The notes beneath the pieces are model-generated. The model was not told the origin of the DNA. It saw only the letters and a program-made list of their open reading frames with translations, and ran no database searches. Of a stretch of DNA of 64,000 nt, positions 60,180 through 64,000 are shown piece by piece. Position 1 is the stretch's first letter. Each line of letters begins with the position of its first letter. Location: the NCBI GenBank assembly GCA_964566135.1, contig CAZMHM010000003.1, forward strand, positions 15,856 to 79,855. The letters run 5' to 3'. Source of the DNA: an uncultured Candidatus Saccharibacteria bacterium. GTDB taxonomy: Bacteria; Patescibacteriota; Saccharimonadia; Saccharimonadales; CAIOMD01. A program made the translations under genes and the position numbers.

Positions 60180-61067
60180 ATGGATAGGGATAGGTATAAA
60201 AACAGAGCCCAAAACAATGGTCCGCAAAAGCGGTCAATTAATAGTGGCGAAAAGCCTCATCCAGATACGATTAAGCCTAGAGCGGTTCCCGTGACACCCC
60301 CTGTCACTAAGCAGTCCTCCCGGCCTATGTTATTCGATGACGAAGACGATGATATATTTGGTGTTTGGCAAAAACAGCAAGAGATAAAACAAGATCGCAA
60401 GGCAAGAGAGGCGGCAGCAAAACTCGCTAAAAAGGCCGAAAAACTTGCCGCTAAAGAACGTAAAAAAGCGCGTAAAGCTAGTGGTGAGCCACAAGAAATC
60501 GCCATCTCTCTTTCGCTACCAAAAGCACCCAAATTACCCAAGAGGTTGCCAGGTTATAAATCTGAATATAAGAAGCAATATATAGTTGGCGTATCACTAC
60601 TCGCGATACCACTTTTGGTGCTTAGTATTGGGCTGTTTGCGCATAACTCAGCGACAAAAGATAGCAAGAAAACAGATGTACTTGGTCAGAAAACAGTTGC
60701 TGCTAAACCGGATTTTTCAACTATTAAACCAACTACTACCGAAAACCAAGCAACGGCGCTCAAGTACGATGCCTCAAAAAAGGTCGCAACGTTCAATGAT
60801 GTTCTTGCAAGCGTGCCCATCACTGTCAGCCAGCAACCATTGCCATCCGATTTTAAATCAGACCCAACAGGGAAGGTTGAAAACCTTGCTAAACAGTTTA
60901 ATGCTAACGATAAGATTTCAGTTAGTGATGCTACAGCATTCTCTGGAATCTCAATTAAGGGTCCACAGACAGTCATATTCACTAAAAATGACCTACTGGT
61001 GTTTATATTTGCCGATAAAAAGATAGATACGCTTACCTGGAGTAAGTATATCGAGAGCATGCGTTAA
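60180..61067 (+). CDS. Hypothetical single-pass membrane protein (Lys-rich cytoplasmic N-terminus, extracytoplasmic C-domain)
   Basis: 295 aa. KARKEAAAKLAKKAEKLAAKERKKARK, then the TM segment YIVGVSLLAIPLLVLSIGLFAH, then a ~130-aa conserved-looking C-terminal domain. Sits between giant genes D and E. Confidence 0.75.
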   Translation: MDRDRYKNRAQNNGPQKRSINSGEKPHPDTIKPRAVPVTPPVTKQSSRPMLFDDEDDDIFGVWQKQQEIKQDRKAREAAAKLAKKAEKLAAKERKKARKASGEPQEIAISLSLPKAPKLPKRLPGYKSEYKKQYIVGVSLLAIPLLVLSIGLFAHNSATKDSKKTDVLGQKTVAAKPDFSTIKPTTTENQATALKYDASKKVATFNDVLASVPITVSQQPLPSDFKSDPTGKVENLAKQFNANDKISVSDATAFSGISIKGPQTVIFTKNDLLVFIFADKKIDTLTWSKYIESMR

Positions 61068-61258
61068 AGCCATAGAACCGTTCTAGGACGGTAACACTAC
61101 TACTGATAAAGAGTATTGCGCGTCGTCATTGCGGGATAGGGGAACGTCGTAAAATGCGCACTCATATTTAATTTTAACAGAGGCGTCAGCATTGCTAGTA
61201 TTATATGGCTAGTACTGTATGGTTGTGTAAAACAGTAGTAAAATAGGGGTGAAAATAC

Positions 61259-61288
61259 TTGCGCTTAATCAGGGGTCAGGCGTACACT
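61259..61288 (+). promoter_or_regulatory. Putative promoter of giant gene E
   Basis: TTGCGC - 18 nt - TACACT. The spacer contains TTAATCAGGGGTC (TAACAGGGGT-like). Confidence 0.4.
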
Positions 61289-61295
61289 AAGGGGG

Positions 61296-61368
61296 AACTT
61301 TACAAAAAACAAAAACCAACAACAAAAAGTTCACAAAAACCAACAACAAAAACAAAATCCAACCAAAA
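61296..61368 (+). promoter_or_regulatory. C/A-rich, almost G/T-free, SD-less leader of gene E with a 19-nt direct repeat
   Basis: CAAAAACCAACAACAAAAA occurs at 61310-61328 and 61334-61352. The last 16 nt (ACAAAATCCAACCAAA, 61352-61367) are identical to 11895-11910, downstream of gene A. Confidence 0.5.
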
Positions 61369-64000
61369 ATGCGAAAAGCCTTGCTGCGTGCAGGTAAAAC
61401 TGCCTATTCTGTTATAACAGGGAAAGGGACCCGAGTGGTCTCAGCCCTGTTTTTTGCATTTTTTGTATCCCTGTTCGCTTTTATATCTATATACGCGCGT
61501 GATGCGCAGGCTGCTACAAACAGCACTATAAACTTTCAGGCTCGTATCTTGCAGGCTAACGGTGCAGTAATCCCTGATGGCAGCGTAACCGTCCAGTTTA
61601 AGATTTACGATGCAGCTACAGCAGGCACAAACGAGTGGACTGAAACACAATCGCTTACCGCCAAAAACGGATATGTCAGTGCAAGTCTTGGTAGCGTAAC
61701 CTCATTCCCAGGGACAATTGATTGGAGTCAGGAGCACTGGCTGACCATGAACGTCAATAGCGACGGCGAAATGGGGCCGAGCAGGATGAAGATGACTGCA
61801 GTCCCGTATAGCTTCAGATCGGGACAGGCGGATACGCTCACGAACGGAACCGGCACCATTACGGCTGCCGGGCTTTTGCAATTATCGCCAAGTACTATTC
61901 AGAACACTACGTCAGCCACCCCGGCACTTCAGTTTAACCAGCTTGGCGCTGGAGCACTCCTCAAATTGCAATCATCAACAACAGATAAGTTTACCGTGTC
62001 TAACGCAGGTGACGTTACTGCAGCCGCCGGTTTGACCATTGGCAATAGCACTTCTACGACTGCTGGTACGATTCGCTGGAACGGTACTGCATTTGAAGGC
62101 TATAACGGAACAAGCTGGACATCATTAGGTGGTGGCTTAGTCGTAAGTTCGGGTGCTACTGCAAGCTTTGTATCGGGTTTGCAGAACGTTGCAGGTACCG
62201 CTACGGGTACGAATGTCGAAATGCTAGCATTTACGAGTGCCACGGCGGTATCGAACACCGTCGCTTCGGTTGGTTTTACGGCACCTGCAGCAGGTAGCTT
62301 TAGAACATGTCTCGTTAAAAACAATGCCGCAATCACAGCTGGCACGCTTAATTTGCGTTGGCGAGTCAATGGAGTGTCGGTAGGTGCTGCAGGATGTACG
62401 ATGAGTACTGCTGCACCTCGCCAAGACGCCGGTGCAATCGACGCCGGCGTTGTTACGTTTAATGCTGGCGATACCATTAGTGTCGCGTTCGATACGGTTG
62501 GGTTGCTGCCAGCAGCAACCAACGACTTCACTGTTTACTGGTCGGTTGAATACAATAGCTCGTCTAGCAGCCTAACGATGCAAAAGGTCTACGACTCCTC
62601 GGCCGCACCGGTAACGGTTGTTACAACAAACGCTAAAGATGTTAAATACACACTTTCGAACACCGCGACAGACAGTAATTTCTTGGTTGATATCGCAACG
62701 GGCTCAACAAGTAAATTCGCCGTGCAAAATAACGGAACAGATATCTTTAACGTTAATACTTCTGGTGGTGTAGGAGTAACGGGTAATTTAACGGTTAGCG
62801 GTACGACGACGCTGGATGGAAGCCTAATCGCGACGGGTTCTGCAACAGGTACGACTGGTATAGCCGCAAGCCCAGCTCAAACAAATGTTACAACTGTTGC
62901 GCTCACGGCTGCCGGTGCGTTTGCGAATAACGACGTCATCTTCATCAACAACGCAGGACAAGATTATTACACACGAATTGTCAGCGGTGGTGGTACAACT
63001 ACTCTCACCGTTTCGCCATCAGTTAGCTACGACGCCGGCGCAACAATTACGAAATACAATGTTCAGAATATCGGCGCAACAGCAACCGATTACTCGACGC
63101 AGGCTAATCGATTCTTCCAGGGATACTTCTTGGGTGGCGTTGTAGTAGGCGCTGGCAGTACAACAATCAGTGACGGTAACATCGAAAGCACCACGACACT
63201 TAATCTCCAAAAGAACGGCGGCGCACTCGTCATTGGCGGTACGTTAAATGTTGCGGGTACGATTACTGGTGATGCATCAGGATTAACAAATATTAACGCC
63301 TCGCAAATTAGTGGCGGAACCATTGCCGACACAAGCCTAAGTAATAATGTGACTATTCTCGGCAATACCTTCAATGGTGCAAGCCAACTTGTGCAGCTTG
63401 ATGGTGCAGGCGCGCTGCCAGCCTTAGACGGATCTGCGCTCACATCGCTTAACGCGTCAAATATTAGCTCAGGCACGGTTAATGACTTGCGACTGTCGAG
63501 TAATGTGACGCTTAAGGGTAACACCTTCAATGGTGTCAGCCAGTTGGTATTACTTGATGGTTCTGGCAATTTGCCAGCACTTAATGCGGCAGCTCTTACA
63601 AACATCAATGCCACAAATATTGCGAGCGGCACTATTAGTGACCTACGCTTATCGACGAACGTAACCACGAAGGGTAATACTTTCAACGGTATTAACCAGC
63701 TTGTTCTGCTTGACGGTACGGGTAAGTTGCCCTCGCTGGATGCAAGCAACCTAACAAATATAAGTGGCTCAGGTATTACTAACCTAAGTGCATCGAATCT
63801 TTCTTCTGGCACTCTCGATGATCTTCGGCTTTCATCAAATGTGACACTCAAGGGTAATACATTTAATGGGAACAGCCAACTAGTGTTGCTAGACGGATCG
63901 GGCGCGCTGCCAGCCTTAAACGGATCTGCGCTCACATCGCTTAACGCGTCAAATATTAGCTCAGGCACCATTAACGACCTACGCTTATCGACGAACGTAA
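61369..64000 (+). CDS. Giant cell-surface fibre protein, paralog E; the 3' end lies beyond the window (at least 877 codons); absent from the supplied ORF track
   Basis: Translated by hand: frame 1 from ATG 61369 has no stop through 63999. MRKALLRAGK..., TM anchor VVSALFFAFFVSLFAFISIY, then ATNSTINFQARILQANGAVIPDGS...WTETQ...MTAVPYSF, homologous to the N-termini of B and C. Also GTIRWNGTAFEGYNGTSWTSL, FAVQNNGTDIFNVNT, and 52-aa tandem repeats. Confidence 0.85.
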   Translation, partial: MRKALLRAGKTAYSVITGKGTRVVSALFFAFFVSLFAFISIYARDAQAATNSTINFQARILQANGAVIPDGSVTVQFKIYDAATAGTNEWTETQSLTAKNGYVSASLGSVTSFPGTIDWSQEHWLTMNVNSDGEMGPSRMKMTAVPYSFRSGQADTLTNGTGTITAAGLLQLSPSTIQNTTSATPALQFNQLGAGALLKLQSSTTDKFTVSNAGDVTAAAGLTIGNSTSTTAGTIRWNGTAFEGYNGTSWTSLGGGLVVSSGATASFVSGLQNVAGTATGTNVEMLAFTSATAVSNTVASVGFTAPAAGSFRTCLVKNNAAITAGTLNLRWRVNGVSVGAAGCTMSTAAPRQDAGAIDAGVVTFNAGDTISVAFDTVGLLPAATNDFTVYWSVEYNSSSSSLTMQKVYDSSAAPVTVVTTNAKDVKYTLSNTATDSNFLVDIATGSTSKFAVQNNGTDIFNVNTSGGVGVTGNLTVSGTTTLDGSLIATGSATGTTGIAASPAQTNVTTVALTAAGAFANNDVIFINNAGQDYYTRIVSGGGTTTLTVSPSVSYDAGATITKYNVQNIGATATDYSTQANRFFQGYFLGGVVVGAGSTTISDGNIESTTTLNLQKNGGALVIGGTLNVAGTITGDASGLTNINASQISGGTIADTSLSNNVTILGNTFNGASQLVQLDGAGALPALDGSALTSLNASNISSGTVNDLRLSSNVTLKGNTFNGVSQLVLLDGSGNLPALNAAALTNINATNIASGTISDLRLSTNVTTKGNTFNGINQLVLLDGTGKLPSLDASNLTNISGSGITNLSASNLSSGTLDDLRLSSNVTLKGNTFNGNSQLVLLDGSGALPALNGSALTSLNASNISSGTINDLRLSTNV
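63283..64000 (+). repeat. In-frame tandem repeats of 156 nt (52 aa) in gene E, at least 4.4 units, continuing off-window
   Basis: Units start at 63283, 63439, 63595, 63751 (this one is 180 nt, with an 8-aa insertion) and 63931. Consensus: LTNxNASNISSGTxxDLRLSxNVTLKGNTFNGxSQLVLLDGSGxLPALxxSA. 63403-63477 and 63895-63969 are almost identical at the nucleotide level. Confidence 0.9.

Noticed and set aside
63090-63971. A 293-aa minus-strand ORF (and 62100-62531 on the minus strand) listed by the track at the right end of the window.
   Set aside because: They are antisense to the unlisted but clearly homologous paralog E (61369 to beyond 64000). The repeat structure reads sensibly only on the plus strand.
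63283-64000. A CRISPR-like regular repeat spacing.
   Set aside because: The whole 156-nt unit repeats, with no short repeat plus unique spacer, and it is in-frame coding sequence of paralog E. No cas genes are in the window.

Overview
This 64-kb window comes from a small-genome bacterium. Its gene content and layout look CPR/Patescibacteria-like (Saccharibacteria/TM7-like), but that is inference only, since no database search was possible.

Layout:
- 1-21.5 kb: two tandem giant fibre-protein genes. A is 5'-truncated by the window edge, with 3,883 codons visible. B is 2,846 aa.
- 22-44.5 kb: a dense, ordinary housekeeping block: HExxH protein, ROK kinase, rpsA, infB, fmt-def-priA, rpsU, yqeY, adk, map, ftsA-ftsZ, nrdR-nrdJ, ileS, rplU.
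- 45.9-64 kb: three more giant genes plus one small membrane protein. C is 2,417 aa. D is 2,142 aa and rich in Kelch-type blades. E has at least 877 codons and is absent from the supplied ORF track because it runs off the right edge.

The five giant genes cover about 36.5 kb (57%) of the window. A, B, C and E are paralogs built from shuffled modules:
- a signal-anchor plus NFQARIL N-terminal domain
- TxxIG beta-helix-like repeats
- Gly-rich GGxGG blocks
- CBM-like jelly rolls
- LVIVD propellers
- tail-fibre-like mini-domains
- in B, a phage-type S74 intramolecular-chaperone domain

The most unusual non-coding content:
- a ~450-nt highly structured repeat present three times, always next to giant genes
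- a conserved ~225-nt Shine-Dalgarno-poor leader shared by B and C
- C/A-rich, G-depleted tracts before and after giant genes
- a T-box-like element upstream of ileS
- tandem NrdR boxes
- a possible ~210-nt sRNA unit

No rRNA, tRNA, CRISPR array, transposase or integrase was recognised. All functional names come from motif reading of the translations, not from searches.
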